A stretch of DNA of 64,000 bases from positions 1,736 through 65,735 of the forward strand of contig JBDLIA010000006.1 in the NCBI GenBank assembly GCA_039715185.1, written 5' to 3'. This stretch comes from Gemmatimonadota bacterium. Lineage in GTDB: Bacteria; Gemmatimonadota; Gemmatimonadetes; Longimicrobiales; RSA9. This document shows, piece after piece, positions 35,337 to 44,430 of this stretch; the stretch's first letter is position 1, and the number at the start of each line of letters is the position of its first letter. Below the pieces are notes generated by a model. The model saw only the letters and a list, made by a program, of their open reading frames with translations. It was not told where the DNA came from and searched no databases. Position numbers and translations under genes: made by a program.

Positions 35337-38300
35337 TCAGTTGTTGGGCGCCTGAATGATGGTCATCCGGCCGAGCTTCTCGGCGCCGGTCGGCGTGCTG
35401 ACGTGATAGAAGTACACGCCGCTCGCCACGAACTGGTTGTTCCGGTTGCGGAGATCCCAGTTCGCCGTCCCGCCCCCGGCGGGATCCTCGTGCATGATCG
35501 CATCGACCAGCACGCCGGAAAGCGTGAAGATCCGGATCGTGGCCTGCGTGGGCAGGTTCACGAACAGGATCTTGCGATCCGAGGAAGCCTGCTGCAGCGC
35601 CGACGATCCCCGGAACGGGTTCGGCACCGTGTGCACGTCCTCCAGCGAGGCGCTGGCCACGTCGAAGGTCTCCGGCGAGCTCACGGTTACGGCGGCGCGT
35701 AGCCCCGGAATGGGGGGCGGGCGCGGCGACTCCAGGAACGAGTAGGCGCTCGTCGTGGAGTCCTGAACCACCGTGCCAGAGTATGTGCGCAGCTTCCACA
35801 CGTCACCGGCGGCCGGCAGCGTCGAGGTCTCGAAGAGCCACGCCTCCCCGGCGACGAACATGCCGAAGCCCTGCGTGTCGGCCACGTCCACCACCTCACA
35901 GAACTGACCACAGCTCTGTGAGCCAGGTGGCACCGTTGCCATGGGCCCGATCACCGCGGTCTGGCTGAAGGAACCCGCCACGCCAGCGACAGGCAGCCAG
36001 GTAGCCAGCGGCTCGATGCTCCAGAAGTCGCCGGCGGACAGGATGTTGTCCTCGTTGACGTTGTTCAGAACGCCCCAACTCGCGGCCATGTTGGCCGAGA
36101 ACGGAATGTCCACGTTGTGCGTCAGGTCCCGCACGCCGGCGACCGTGCCGCCCGCGCCCCATGTGACCTCGATGTCCGCGGCGCGCCACAGACCGCTCTG
36201 GGTGTAGACGCCCAGCCAGCGCATCGATACGTCCTGATCATACTGGCTCGGCAAGCTCCAGATGGTCACGCCCGGGAGCGAGCCGGTGGCGTTGCCCAGC
36301 GTCGGGTCCGCCGCAGGCGCGTCGCCCGTGAACCAACGCGAGCCGCCTTCCGGGCCGACCACGTGCGAGCGGTTCGACGCAACCGTCTCGGACTGCGACA
36401 TCAAGTGCGTCGGGCCGTAGGTGATGTTTCCGCCCAGGGAGCCGACGAAGATCGACGGATCCACGCCCTGCGCGTTCGCAGCCGCGGCGTCCGCGAGGAC
36501 GGACACCGGCGATATGTCCTGAGAGATGGTGCCGATGCAACCGAACAGGCCAAACGGCTCCTTGACCTCCTGCGGAATCTCCGTCGCCGTCCCGTCCGGC
36601 GCCGTGGCCGTCAGGTAGTACACCGTGGAAGTGCCCAGACAGTTTGGAGTAGCAGGCTGAACCCCCCCGCCAGCGCCGACGGCTGAAACCACCGAGTCGA
36701 TCCGGATCTCGTAGTCACCCGCCTGCACCAGCGCGGGCTGCGGCAGGTTGACCAGCGCCGCGAAGGAGTTGGTCGGCGGAGCTGCGCCACCGAATACTCC
36801 CGTGGTCGCGTCGATCGCGGGCATGCCGCCCGTGGGATCCAGAACGTTGCCATCACCGTCGAACAGCACCGGATCCCCGATCACGGCCGCGGTCCTGCCG
36901 GCCGCCGTGCTGCGCGGGGTCGCCGCCGCGCCACCCGCGGCCTGCGAAGCCACCGACAGGCGCCGGCCCGACTCGAGCGAGCTGCCGCCCGGGGCGAACG
37001 GCGTATTGATGTCGAAGGACGTAACGGCGTAGAAGTACGTCACGCCGTTGAGCAGCCCCGGGCCGTTGGCGGCGTCGGGGAAGCGCCCGCCGCGATCCAC
37101 CAGCGTGAACTGCAGGCCGGTGTCCGTAGAGCACGCGACAGCCTCCTGCCCCGCCAACTCGGGCTGGAGCGGCACGCAGAAGTCGGCCGTGTCGGTGCGG
37201 ACCGCCAGGAACGAGCTGTCCACCACCTGCACGCTGTCGGTGGTCACGATCTGCGCGCCGACGCCGTCCTTCAGGTCGAACTGCGCGATCTGCGTCCAGG
37301 GGTCGGCCGCCCGCACCTTGCGGTACACGCGGAAGCCCTGGAAGTCGAACTCGTTGAAGTCCGTGATCGAGAAGTTCTCGGCGATGTCCGCGAACGGGTC
37401 GCGGGCGTTCACTGGGTCGGCGCCCCAGGTGATGAAGTTCTGCTGATCACCAGGGATCGCCGTGACCACCGGGGCCGGCGGCGGGCTGGGCAGCAGGAAG
37501 TTGTTCTTGAACAGGTTGTTCGCGTCCAGAACCTGCTTGAACAGCGACGGGTACGCGGTCGTCTCGACGCCGCGGCCCATGATCTTCTCGATGATCCGAC
37601 TGGTGTCGCCCGGCAGTCCGTGCGGCACCAGTGTGCCCGGCGTGAAGCCCGGCACGTTCAGCACCGGAGCGCCACCGACCAGACCCACGACGACCTCGAC
37701 GCTGTCGCCGGGCGCCAGGTCGAACGGACCCGTCGCGTGGAAGTAACGCGTGTCCGCGGGGGCCGGCTGATCCACGAACCCGAAGCCCGCCGGGGCGCCC
37801 ACGATCTGGGACAACTCGGAGGCGTTCAGGTTCCCGGAGTAGTAGCGCCACGACTGCGCCGCGTCGGTCGGGTCGGGGAAGACCCCGCCGCGGGTGGTGT
37901 TGGAGCCGAAGCTCTGGCCGATCTCGTGGATGCGCAGGCTGTCCTGCGCGGCCACGTCTCCGAACGCGGCGAGCTCGCGCAGCTCGGCGAGCGTCTCCTG
38001 CTCGATCGGCGGCACGATGATGAACGTCGTGTCGGCCACGTTGGTCGTGACCGTCTGCACGACGATCGTGTCGCCCGTGTTGTTATGGGGCGAGCGCAGG
38101 AACGTCGTACCCACGAAGCCGGGCACCGAGCAGAACCCGCACTGGGCGTACGGCTCGAAGTCGGTCGCGTCGAAGTCGCCCAGCCAGATCGTGCCAATGT
38201 TGAGGGCCGTTTCGTCGTCCAGGAACGGCACGAAGCTGCCCCAGTTCTGGTCCAGGTCGTTGCCCGACACGTCGGCGTCGTGGCCGACCGCCAGGTAGAA

Positions 38301-39044
38301 GTCCTCCAGCGTCCACCCGCCGGCCGGCACGGCCAGCGCGGGGTTGGCGCTCTGGAAGAGCGGGGTGTCGGAGATGTTCTTGATCTTGAAGATGAAGAAC
38401 AGCATGTCCCTGAAGCCTTCGAGCGTGAAGGTCAAGGTGTGCTGCACGATCTCGACCCCCATGGGGTGCCCGCCCGGCACCGTGAAGGACGGGTTGCCGT
38501 CCCAGTAGCGGGCGCACGTGTCGAGCTGCGACAGCGACTTCACAAGCTCGCCCGTCTGCGGGTTCGCAAGCAGACAGGTGTCCGGCCAGTTGTCCAGGTC
38601 GTCCGACACGTCCGAGTGGAAGATCCCGTCCAGCGGCCCGCACTGCGCGTTGGTCGCGCTCACGTTGAAGCAATGCGCGGCCACGAAGCCGTTGGGATCG
38701 AGCGGATCGCGCGCGGCGAACTGCAGGCCGGCGAGGAACACGTACTGGTTGGTCGTGCCGATCGGCCAGAAGCCGCCGCCACCCGTGGTGCTACCGAAGG
38801 TGTTGACGCAGATGCTCCCGTCGCTCCGGAGCCCGCACAGCCAGTTGTTGACGTTGAGGGTAAGGTCCGCGTCTCCGGACCCACCCAGGTTGACGTTGCT
38901 CACGTCGAACGCGCTCCGGCCGGCCTCCCACTCCTGAAACTTCTGGAGGCCAGTCTGGGCCTGGAGCGCGCCGGCCCAGAGCGCCGCGACGCCAAAGGCC
39001 ACGGCGAGCGGGGCAAATCGATTCCGGCGCAAAGTTCTCTTCAA
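35337..39044 (-). CDS. Very large secreted protein with T9SS C-terminal sorting domain
   Basis: TTG at 39044 is preceded by GGGAGG (6-nt spacer) and gives signal peptide LKRTLRRNRFAPLAVAFGVAALWAGALQAQ; the alternative ATG at 39134 overlaps the upstream gene. The C-terminal ...ATIRIFTLSGVLV...WDLRNRNNQFVASGVYFYHVS...GRMTII is a T9SS type-A CTD. Confidence 0.7.
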   Translation of the reverse strand: MKRTLRRNRFAPLAVAFGVAALWAGALQAQTGLQKFQEWEAGRSAFDVSNVNLGGSGDADLTLNVNNWLCGLRSDGSICVNTFGSTTGGGGFWPIGTTNQYVFLAGLQFAARDPLDPNGFVAAHCFNVSATNAQCGPLDGIFHSDVSDDLDNWPDTCLLANPQTGELVKSLSQLDTCARYWDGNPSFTVPGGHPMGVEIVQHTLTFTLEGFRDMLFFIFKIKNISDTPLFQSANPALAVPAGGWTLEDFYLAVGHDADVSGNDLDQNWGSFVPFLDDETALNIGTIWLGDFDATDFEPYAQCGFCSVPGFVGTTFLRSPHNNTGDTIVVQTVTTNVADTTFIIVPPIEQETLAELRELAAFGDVAAQDSLRIHEIGQSFGSNTTRGGVFPDPTDAAQSWRYYSGNLNASELSQIVGAPAGFGFVDQPAPADTRYFHATGPFDLAPGDSVEVVVGLVGGAPVLNVPGFTPGTLVPHGLPGDTSRIIEKIMGRGVETTAYPSLFKQVLDANNLFKNNFLLPSPPPAPVVTAIPGDQQNFITWGADPVNARDPFADIAENFSITDFNEFDFQGFRVYRKVRAADPWTQIAQFDLKDGVGAQIVTTDSVQVVDSSFLAVRTDTADFCVPLQPELAGQEAVACSTDTGLQFTLVDRGGRFPDAANGPGLLNGVTYFYAVTSFDINTPFAPGGSSLESGRRLSVASQAAGGAAATPRSTAAGRTAAVIGDPVLFDGDGNVLDPTGGMPAIDATTGVFGGAAPPTNSFAALVNLPQPALVQAGDYEIRIDSVVSAVGAGGGVQPATPNCLGTSTVYYLTATAPDGTATEIPQEVKEPFGLFGCIGTISQDISPVSVLADAAAANAQGVDPSIFVGSLGGNITYGPTHLMSQSETVASNRSHVVGPEGGSRWFTGDAPAADPTLGNATGSLPGVTIWSLPSQYDQDVSMRWLGVYTQSGLWRAADIEVTWGAGGTVAGVRDLTHNVDIPFSANMAASWGVLNNVNEDNILSAGDFWSIEPLATWLPVAGVAGSFSQTAVIGPMATVPPGSQSCGQFCEVVDVADTQGFGMFVAGEAWLFETSTLPAAGDVWKLRTYSGTVVQDSTTSAYSFLESPRPPPIPGLRAAVTVSSPETFDVASASLEDVHTVPNPFRGSSALQQASSDRKILFVNLPTQATIRIFTLSGVLVDAIMHEDPAGGGTANWDLRNRNNQFVASGVYFYHVSTPTGAEKLGRMTIIQAPNN

Positions 39045-39121
39045 CGGATTCCTCCCGTTGTGGCTCGGAGTGGGCGCGGAGTAGCCGCGCCCACCCGTGC
39101 GAGTGTCGTCAAAGTCCAAGG

Positions 39122-42100
39122 CTAGAACTCCCATTCCAGGCCCAAGCGGATCTGCCGCGGCTGGCCGAACTGCTGGCCGTACACGATGTTCGTCTGGTTC
39201 GCGTCCGTCCCCGAATTCAGGAACGACAACGCCGAGCTGAGCTGCTGCTCGTCGACCGACAGCACGCCGTCTCCATTGCCGAAGAACACGTCCCGGCGGC
39301 GCAACTGCTCGCGCTGCAGGTCGGTAAGCGCGCTCCCCAGGAGCGTGGCGGTCGGGTCCGTGTAAGCGACTTCCTCACCGAACACGCGCTGCGTGCCCGA
39401 CGTCCGGTTGGACAGGAAGTTCGCGCCCGGGTTGAGCACGTCGCCCGTCAAGCTCCACACGTCGTTCGGGTTCTTGAAGTTCGCGATGTTGCGGACGTCG
39501 ACGTAGGCCCGCACGCGCATGTCCCTGGGCAGCTCGAAGGCCTTGCCGACGCTGGCGTTGAGCAGGAACGTCCACGGCAGGCGCGACCCGTTGACCTCCT
39601 CGTTGAAGACCGGGTCCGGCCCCAGAATGCTGGCCGTCGCGCCGGGCGTGGTCGACGAGGTGTACGGCAGCCCCGAGCGGGCCGAGAGCGCGCCGTTCAG
39701 CGTGACGTTGCGCAGAACCTTGTTGAGGCCGCTGCGCTCCTCCAGGAAGTCGTCCGGCATCGTCATGACCAGCGAACCCGTGAACGTGTGGGTCCGGTCG
39801 AAATCGGCCGGCAACGCCGCCTGCGGCGGAACGAACGGCTGACCAGTCACCGGATTCGCCTGGCGTCCGATGGTGCGCAGGAAGTTGGTCGGGTCGGAGC
39901 CCGTGGTGCGCGTGGTCAGGAAGCTGTAGTTCACCTGCGCGAAGAGCAGGTCCGTCCAGCGCCGGCTCAGGCGCGCGTCCATGCCGCGCACGTAGCCGAA
40001 GTCGCCGTTGGTCAGGAAGGCGACCGTCTTGGCGCCGCCCTGGCCCGGAATCACCAACTGCGCCTGGCGGAACGCTATGTCACCCTGCTTCTCGCGCGTG
40101 TAGCCGGAGATGTCCACGACGGTCAGCGGATCGAACGAGTGCGTGAAGCCGAACTCGTAGCCGATCGTGCGCCCGAACTCGATGGGCCGCCCGAAGATGT
40201 TGTTCGGGTTGGTCTTGGACAGGTCGTTGGTGATGCCGCCGAACAGGAAGTTGAGCGGGGGCGCCTGCGTGAAGTGCCCGTAGCTCAGCCTGAACTGGGT
40301 GTTCTCGGTGACCGGGAACCCTACCCCCAGGCGCGGGCTGAACTGCCACACCGTGGCCTGCTCGATGAACTCCGGCTCGACGAGCCCCAACTCGGGGTCC
40401 TGGGCCGCGATCGTGAAGCCCGGGATCGCCGGGTACACGACGTCGCTGTCGAACATGTCGACGCGGCCGCCTATCTCCAGCACGATGTCGCCGATGTCGA
40501 TGCGGTCCTTGGCGTAGAAGCCCGCGATGACAGGCGAGGCGGCGTACACGTTCTGGAACGTCGGGCTGGTGTTGCTGACGCCGCTCTGCGCGGTGCCGAA
40601 CGAGCTGCCCGAGCCGATGTTCTCGATGTCCTTCCAGTAGACCTCTCCGCCGATGCCGACGCGGTTGTGGCGGTTGTACTGCCAGTCCAGGTCGGCACGC
40701 ACGGACAGCGTCTGCTCCCTGCGGAGGCCGAAGGGCGAGAAGCCCTGGCCGAAGAAGTCGTTGATGCCGAACGGATTGTCCGCTCCGCCACCCGCCGTCT
40801 GGAAGAGGGCGCCCTCTTCCAGCGTGAAGTTCTCGCCCGTGGCCGGGTTGACGATGGTCTCGAAGGGCGTCAGGAAGCCGAGCGACGGGTTTTCCTGGAT
40901 CTCGTCGAAGCGCTCGAACCAGGCGTCCGTGGTAAAGCTGTCCTCGAACGGGAACGTGAAGTCGTCGAACGTGAAGCCGAAGAAATCGCCTCCCTGCTCG
41001 AACTTTTCGCCCTGGATGATCGCCAGAGTGTCGGCTAGGGTCTCGCCGAGCATGCCGCGCATGAACTCGTCCTCGCCGTAGCCGACGTTGACGCGCAGCG
41101 TGGCGCTGGACTCCGAGGTCTGGAAGAGCAGGTGCTCGATGCCCCCCCTGATCAAGTAGCTCTTGTCGCGGCGACCCAGCATCGCCTGCGGCCGGAATGC
41201 GTACCGCGGCGAAAAGAACCGGCGCTGGTTGCGCGCCAGCGTCACGCCCGCGTTGTAGCGCGTCCCCGCGCCCGTGCCGCCGCGCAGCGTCAGGTTCAGG
41301 TTGTACTCGTCGCCGTTGTTCCAGGGTAGCTTGGCGCCGATGTCATCTCCGGAGCAAGAGGCCCCGGACGGCGTGCCGTTCGAGCAGATCTCCGCGAAAT
41401 TGTTGACGATGGTGCCGTCGTCGAGCGTCGTCTGCGTGCCCGTCGGCGCGAAGAACCGATCCGGCTGCGCGCCGATCGTCAGGTTGTCGAAGTCGGCGAA
41501 CGTCAGCGTCCCGGGGGAATCGCCCAGGCGGGTCGGCCGGGCGTCCTCCTGGCCGACAGCTACGCCGGACAGCGAGAAGCCCAGGTACTCGCCGAAGATC
41601 GGCCCGGCCACGCTCGCCTCCAGGCGCGTGTAACCATAGCTGTTCTCGATCTCGACCTGGTCGGTCTCGAGGGCGATGGAGCCGCTGAACGCGGTGCCGC
41701 CGCCCTTCGAGATCAGGTTGATCACGCCGGACTGGGCCTGACCGAACTCGGCGCCGAAGCCGCCGAGCAGCACGTCGGCCTCTTCCACCGCGTTGGTCTG
41801 AAGCGTGATCTCGCTCTGCGAGCCCGCGTTGAAGTTGCGCACCAGGACGCCGTCGATGAAGACCGCGGCCTCGCCGGGGCGCCCGCCGCGGATCACCTGA
41901 CCCAGGCGGCTGCCGGTGTCGACGACGCCCGGCTGCAGGGCGATGACGGCGCGCACGTTGTCCAGCGGAACGGCGTCGAAAACCTCCGACGTGATGATCG
42001 CCTTGGACAGCGTCTGGTCACGCGGCACGAGCGGGTTGGTCTCACCTTGGACGGTGATCCCCTCGATCTGTACCGCCTGCTGCGACAGCCCGAAGTCCAC

Positions 42101-42418
42101 GATCGCTGACTGGCCGGCCAGCACGCGCTGACCGGTCACGGTCACCGTGCCGTAGCCGATGAACTGTGCCCGGATGTCGTGAACGCCGGCCGGTACGTTG
42201 TTGACGAAGTAGTAGCCTTCCGCGTTGGCGATGTTGCCCAGCGTGGTTCCGACCACGGTAATCTGGGCACCCGCCAACGGTGCGCCGGATTCCGCGTCGC
42301 GGACGTGGCCTTCGAGCTTCCCTTGCGTCGCCTGGGCGAGCAGGGAAGTCGAGGCCGCCGCAAACGCGACTCCGACGAGGAAAGCCGTTAGACCGGCGCG
42401 CCTCACCGAAACGTGCAT
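39122..42418 (-). CDS. TonB-dependent receptor with N-terminal carboxypeptidase-regulatory-like domain (SusC/RagA-like)
   Basis: Signal peptide. GKLEGHVRDAESGAPLAGAQITVVGTTLGNIANAEGYYFVNNVPAGVHDIRAQFIGY is the CarboxypepD_reg domain. Plug and barrel follow. Terminal ...LGLEWEF. Confidence 0.85.
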   Translation of the reverse strand: MHVSVRRAGLTAFLVGVAFAAASTSLLAQATQGKLEGHVRDAESGAPLAGAQITVVGTTLGNIANAEGYYFVNNVPAGVHDIRAQFIGYGTVTVTGQRVLAGQSAIVDFGLSQQAVQIEGITVQGETNPLVPRDQTLSKAIITSEVFDAVPLDNVRAVIALQPGVVDTGSRLGQVIRGGRPGEAAVFIDGVLVRNFNAGSQSEITLQTNAVEEADVLLGGFGAEFGQAQSGVINLISKGGGTAFSGSIALETDQVEIENSYGYTRLEASVAGPIFGEYLGFSLSGVAVGQEDARPTRLGDSPGTLTFADFDNLTIGAQPDRFFAPTGTQTTLDDGTIVNNFAEICSNGTPSGASCSGDDIGAKLPWNNGDEYNLNLTLRGGTGAGTRYNAGVTLARNQRRFFSPRYAFRPQAMLGRRDKSYLIRGGIEHLLFQTSESSATLRVNVGYGEDEFMRGMLGETLADTLAIIQGEKFEQGGDFFGFTFDDFTFPFEDSFTTDAWFERFDEIQENPSLGFLTPFETIVNPATGENFTLEEGALFQTAGGGADNPFGINDFFGQGFSPFGLRREQTLSVRADLDWQYNRHNRVGIGGEVYWKDIENIGSGSSFGTAQSGVSNTSPTFQNVYAASPVIAGFYAKDRIDIGDIVLEIGGRVDMFDSDVVYPAIPGFTIAAQDPELGLVEPEFIEQATVWQFSPRLGVGFPVTENTQFRLSYGHFTQAPPLNFLFGGITNDLSKTNPNNIFGRPIEFGRTIGYEFGFTHSFDPLTVVDISGYTREKQGDIAFRQAQLVIPGQGGAKTVAFLTNGDFGYVRGMDARLSRRWTDLLFAQVNYSFLTTRTTGSDPTNFLRTIGRQANPVTGQPFVPPQAALPADFDRTHTFTGSLVMTMPDDFLEERSGLNKVLRNVTLNGALSARSGLPYTSSTTPGATASILGPDPVFNEEVNGSRLPWTFLLNASVGKAFELPRDMRVRAYVDVRNIANFKNPNDVWSLTGDVLNPGANFLSNRTSGTQRVFGEEVAYTDPTATLLGSALTDLQREQLRRRDVFFGNGDGVLSVDEQQLSSALSFLNSGTDANQTNIVYGQQFGQPRQIRLGLEWEF

Positions 42419-42562
42419 AGAGTGCCTCCTGCGGGGTGGATGCAGGCCTCACGCGCGCAGGCGCGCGGGAGCCTGTTGAAACTGACGGCCATCGTCATGG
42501 ACCGTATGATCGATCGACTGTGTATACCGCGCGGCGGATTTTCGGCCGCAAGCGAATCCGAC

Positions 42563-42591
42563 AGCCTACCGTTGAGCCAGTTTGGTGTCAA
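42563..42591 (-). promoter_or_regulatory. Candidate sigma70-type promoter for the TonB-receptor operon
   Basis: On the minus strand: TTGACA (complement of 42586-42591), a 17-nt spacer, then TAGGCT (complement of 42563-42568). Sits in the only AT-richer patch of the 500-nt intergenic region, about 140 nt upstream of the ATG at 42418. Confidence 0.35.
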
Positions 42592-42756
42592 GAGTGCGTA
42601 ACCTATCTATTTAACTGCAACTTGCGCGGGTGCGATCCCCGGACTTCGTACGCCCCGCGTCCGCCTGAGACAGACTCACCGGAACGTGTACTGGAGAACG
42701 ACCGAGCGCCCCCACACGTGACGCCTCCCGGTCAGGGACTTGTCAGAGAAGTATCG

Positions 42757-42922
42757 AGTGTGCCGGCGCGGAAGTCCCGTGTGCACCGAGGCGCGTGATG
42801 CGCCCGCGGGGCAAGGCGGAACGACGCGCCGTAGCCGTCGCTACGGCAAGGAGTTCCAACGCCGCATCCGCGGGATGCAGCGCGAGCCGAATGCCTACGG
42901 GACTTCTGCAACGGTACGCTAG
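42757..42922. repeat. 166-bp structured repeat element, copy B (identical to 17949-18114)
   Basis: 166/166 identity with copy A in the same orientation. Its last nucleotides (cta, 42919-42921) are the complement of the trpE TAG stop codon. Confidence 0.9.
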
Positions 42923-44421
42923 CGGCCGGAGCGCTCGAGGGCGGCCGCGACGCGGAGCAGCGCGCGCGCCTTGGCGAGCGTCTCGTCGTACTCGCGATCG
43001 GGATCCGAGTCGATCACGATCCCCGCCCCCGCCTGCACCGAAGCGACGCCCGCCGAAACGGTCATCGTGCGGATGGCGATGGCCGTGTCCATCACCGCCC
43101 CTCCGTAGCCGATGTAACCGATGGCGCCGGCGTAGGGCCCACGTCTGGTGGGTTCCAGCTCGTCGATGATCTCCATCGCCCGCACCTTGGGCGCGCCGGA
43201 CACCGTGCCGGCCGGGAAGCACGCGCGTAGCACGTCCAGCGCGTCCAGGTCGGAGCGGAGCGCGCCCTCCACCTGGCTCACGAGGTGCAGGACGTGGCTG
43301 TAGCGCTCCACGTCGCGCAGCCTGGTCACCCGGACGGATCCGTGGTCGGCGACGCGGCCCACGTCGTTGCGGCCCAGGTCGACGAGCATGAGGTGCTCGG
43401 CGAGCTCCTTGGGGTCGCCCCTCAGCTCTTCCTCCAGGCGGGCGTCTTCCGCCGCCGAGCCGCCGCGCGGTCGCGTCCCCGCGATGGGGCGCACCGTGAC
43501 CACACCGCCCTCGAGCCGCACCATGACCTCGGGCGAAGAGCCGACGATGGCCATGCCGTCCAGGTCCAGGTAGAACAGGTACGGCGAGGGGTTCGTGGTC
43601 CTCAGCAGCCGGTAGGCGTCGAGGGGCTCCGCCGTGAGCGGCATGGTCAGCCGTTGCGACAGCACCACCTGGTACGCGTCTCCCTGGGCGATGTAGGCGC
43701 GCACGCGCTGGACCGCCTCCTTGAAGCGCTCGCGCGTAAAGGTGGACCGGAAGGCGGCGTCCGCGTCCTCAGCGCGCAGCTCCAGAGGAGGCAGGTCGGG
43801 CCCCGACTCCAGCCGGCCTATCGTCTCCTCGATCGTCTCGACCGCGTCGTCGTAAAGGCGCCGCAGGTCGGCGCCGTCCGGATCGCCGGAGGCGTCGACC
43901 AACCGAATCGCGCGCGCGCGGCCGAACAGGTTGTCGATCGCGACGACGATGTCGGTCAGCATGAAGACGCCGTCGGGGATACCGGCGTCGTCCGGCGGCG
44001 CGGCCGGCAGCCGTTCGATGTAGCGGACCGCGTCGTACGCGAGGAAGCCGACCAGGCCGCCCAGGAACCTGGGCAGCCCTTCGACCTGAACTGGCGACAG
44101 GGTACCGGCCAGCGAGGTCAGCTCGGCCAGCGGGTCTTGCAGTACCATGGCGGGGCCCCAACCCTCAGCGGGCGTCCAGGCGCGCACCGCGCCGCCCGGA
44201 TCGACGCGCCAGGCGGCGCGCGGCTCGGTGCCCAGAAAGGTGTAACGGGCCCACGTCTCGCCGCCGACGACGGATTCGAACAGGAATCCGAACGGCGGGC
44301 GCGCGACGCGCCTGTACGCGCCTACGGCGGTATCCCTGTCGAACAGGAATTCGCGCCAGACGGGGATCAGGTCTCCCCTCTCGCGCAGCGCGAGGAAGTC
44401 GTCGAAACTCGGGCCTATCAC
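42919..44421 (-). CDS. trpE: Anthranilate synthase component I
   Basis: 500 aa. LFESVVGGETWARYTFLG, VTVRPIAGTRPRG, HLMLVDLGRNDVGRV, GTVSGAPKVRAMEIIDELE and GAGIVIDSDP are canonical TrpE motifs. Confidence 0.9.
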   Translation of the reverse strand: MIGPSFDDFLALRERGDLIPVWREFLFDRDTAVGAYRRVARPPFGFLFESVVGGETWARYTFLGTEPRAAWRVDPGGAVRAWTPAEGWGPAMVLQDPLAELTSLAGTLSPVQVEGLPRFLGGLVGFLAYDAVRYIERLPAAPPDDAGIPDGVFMLTDIVVAIDNLFGRARAIRLVDASGDPDGADLRRLYDDAVETIEETIGRLESGPDLPPLELRAEDADAAFRSTFTRERFKEAVQRVRAYIAQGDAYQVVLSQRLTMPLTAEPLDAYRLLRTTNPSPYLFYLDLDGMAIVGSSPEVMVRLEGGVVTVRPIAGTRPRGGSAAEDARLEEELRGDPKELAEHLMLVDLGRNDVGRVADHGSVRVTRLRDVERYSHVLHLVSQVEGALRSDLDALDVLRACFPAGTVSGAPKVRAMEIIDELEPTRRGPYAGAIGYIGYGGAVMDTAIAIRTMTVSAGVASVQAGAGIVIDSDPDREYDETLAKARALLRVAAALERSGR

Positions 44422-44430
44422 GGGGGCCGA

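Noticed and set aside
43285-44430. A 380-codon upstream extension of the hydantoinase ORF (43285..46476)
   Set aside because: It runs antisense to trpE, whose translation carries all canonical motifs. The extension is low-complexity (R/A/G/P/V/Q-rich). The hydantoinase N-terminal signature IIGVDTGGTFTD begins just after ATG 44431.
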